Below, piece after piece: positions 61,786 to 64,000 of a stretch of DNA of 64,000 bases. The notes beneath the pieces are model-generated. The model did no database searches. It had not been told where the DNA came from and worked only from the letters and a program-made list of their open reading frames with translations. Location: the NCBI GenBank assembly GCA_001179505.1, contig CDMY01000329.1, forward strand, positions 54,275-118,274. Reading direction: 5' to 3'. How positions within the stretch are numbered: position 1 is the stretch's first letter; the number at the start of each line of letters is the position of its first letter. Source of the stretch: Vitrella brassicaformis CCMP3155. Taxonomy: Eukaryota > Protista > Chromerida. The position numbers and the translations under genes were made by a program.

Positions 61786-63108
61786 TGTGTCGGTGTCTCT
61801 GTTTGTGTTTTGGTAGGCAAGCGCTCTTCGCAGCTGCACTGATGCTCGCTCGGTCCTGCTCTCACCTGCACACACACACATACAGCAAAGAGAGACGGCA
61901 TGAGGGAGGGAGATGTAAAGATTTTTTCCGAGTGTGTTGTGTGGTCAGCAGCACATGTGGCCATGGGCTTCATGGCGTCGTGCGTGTGGGAGTCAGTTTT
62001 CTCACACATTGCCAGTGGTCTCTCTATCTATTCGCCTGGCTGCCTGCCCGCCTGAGAGAGAACAGTGTCTGTGTTGTGTCCTCGCCAGCTGTGCGTCTTG
62101 TGTCTGGTATCGCGTGTGTTGTTTTCCTGGTGTGTCCTCCCCTCTCTCTTTGCGGGTGTCGTCTGCCGTCCTGCAACTCGATACCATCAGCCCCTACGTC
62201 TGGCTTTGGTGATTTTGGTTTGCCGGGTGGTGACACGAGATGCGCACAGGGGGGGCGGGCGGGTGAACGGACCCATACACGCCTCACACACAAATGTACA
62301 TATGGCTTTCCAGTCCGTCTGTTTGTCGATACGCACACACATTTTCACGTGTTTTGTCGGCGCACATGAGTGGATGGAGGGACCGATGTGCGCCTTTCTA
62401 TTGTGTGTGGGTGGGGGGTCTGCCGATGGCGAGAGAGAGAGAGAGAGAGAGAGAGATGGTGTGCGTCTGTTGGTGTGCTGGCTGTCTGCTGCTGGACAGA
62501 CACCGCACACACTGAGTGTTGATCGTCACTGTGTCTTTGGCGGCCATCGAGCATCTGACTGACAGACAGACAGACGACACACAAAGGTAAGGAACAGCGA
62601 CCTGCTGATGCTGCTGGTATGGATTGGTGTGTCGGCTGTTGGGCGATGGATGTCGCTTTTGATTAATAGGGGGTGCCCACTAGCGATCCACGAACACGTA
62701 TCTGACGTCAATGCACCCAGCCCCGCCCCATGTGTCTACGCACGCACACTCCATCCATCCATCCATCGCCACGTGAGTTATAGAAAGACACACAGGTGCG
62801 AGTGGGCAGATCTGTACGTGTACCTAGCTGTTCAGGTGCGTGCAGCTACCTTGTTTTGTTTGTCCTGTCCTTCTCAGCGATGAGTCAGTCACTCGGGGCA
62901 GCGCCCATATGCACAGGATCGATTGTCGCCTAGATTGTCGCCACACACACATTCAGAGCCGCACGTGTTGACCCCTCTGTGTGTCGGTGTCTCTGTGGGT
63001 GTTTCGGTAGGTAAGCGCTCTTCGCTTCTGCACTGATGCTCGCTCGGTCCTGCTCTCATCTGCACGGCACACACACATACACACACATATACAGCAAAGA
63101 GAGAGACG
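61786..63108. repeat. Dispersed diverged direct repeat (about 110-130 bp) at 61786-61897 and 62980-63108
   Basis: Both copies read tgtgtcggtgtctctgt...ggtagg(c/t)aagcgctcttcgc...ctgcactgatgctcgctcggtcctgctctca(c/t)ctgcac...atacagcaaagagagacg. Confidence 0.85.
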
Positions 63109-63229
63109 TCATTGGATGTGGGCGGTGCTTCTATGACTCAACGGGAGCGAGGACGCAGGCATTGGGGGCGAGCCAAGCTGTTTGTCCTTCCACTAGTACA
63201 CTGTGTGGAATGGATGCATGCGTCGTCAG

Positions 63230-64000
63230 GGAGATGTCTGTGCGTGTCGCGTTGCACGGCGTCACACATTCGCTGAGAGAAGGTCCCCTGCCAGTCAGTA
63301 AGTCGCCACAAGGGACTATCTTATATCATCGCATCGTGCCACCTGTGTGTTCCTTCCTGCAGGCGTGGCCTGATGAGACTGACTTTTATCAGTGGTGGTA
63401 CACGAATGAGAACACCATGGAGTACGATGCAGGCGAGGCGGCGGTCGACCAGTAAGCAAGCATGACTGACCAACTGACATGACACGCTGCCAACGATTGA
63501 CTGGTCCATTCATTTCGCTACTGTCTGTCAGCATTTCGAAGAACATAAGGGAAGAGGGTCCTGTGGATGGTAGGCATCGCATGTGTGTCGGACCCGTGTC
63601 CAGCCCAGCCAGCACATGGGGTGTGTCACTAGTCGTGTGTTTCGGTGTGTGTGCAGGTCTGCTGGGCTTCTCGCAGGGCGGGGCGCTTGCGTGCATGTGC
63701 GCCGCACTGCAACAAAAGGTCAGTCAGTTTGTCACTCCGCCGCCACCTCCCACATCGGCCTCATGCAGGCAGACCTGTGCGCGGCGGATGTGTGTGTCAG
63801 GCAGACGACGAGAGGCTGAATAATGCCTCAAATTCGTCATGACCATCGCGTCTTTCTCACCACGGTCGCCCTCGTGGAGCCACATCATCGAGAAGGAGCA
63901 GCCCCTGACGCTGCCGTCGCTGCACATAGCGGGCAAGAAGGACGAGCTGCACCCCGCCAGTGTACAGATGGCCCAGCACGTCTTCCAGGGCGGGGTGCTC
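63230..64000 (+). CDS. FSH1/OVCA2-like serine hydrolase, partial (runs off the window); apparent frameshift near 63821
   Basis: FYQWWY; GPVDGLLGFSQGGALA (GxSxG nucleophile); LKFVMTIASF; LPSLHIAGKKDEL. Confidence 0.8.

Overview
Gene-dense, intron-rich eukaryotic DNA with short GT-AG introns full of (AC)n/(GT)n, (GACA)n and (GGAT)n microsatellites. A red-lineage light-harvesting gene with a bipartite ASA-F plastid leader, together with this intron style, suggests a photosynthetic alveolate (chromerid, probably Vitrella; inference). Most ORFs in the six-frame track are spliced fragments or microsatellite read-throughs, so I rebuilt genes by joining exons by hand. About 21 genes are supported. 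Recognisable ones: ATAD3, a kynurenine-3-monooxygenase-like flavoprotein, mitochondrial EF-Tu, eukaryotic UDP-galactopyranose mutase, VPS20/CHMP6, an LHC protein, FolD, an omega-like GST, an MscS-like channel, a CRYZL1/FERRY3-like degenerate MDR protein, an ABCC transporter, a CHZ/HIRIP3-like histone chaperone and a partial FSH1 hydrolase. The rest are uncharacterised. No rRNA, tRNA, CRISPR array or autonomous transposon is evident. The main points for a second look are: eight head-to-head gene pairs whose short spacers share AGATCT and AAGCTCGC motifs; introns that fold back via complementary AC/GT arms; a FERRY3-like pseudoenzyme; an ENaC/ASIC TM2-like motif; an in-frame TGA in an otherwise intact GST; and an apparent frameshift in FSH1. 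All family calls come from motifs recalled from memory; no database search was run.
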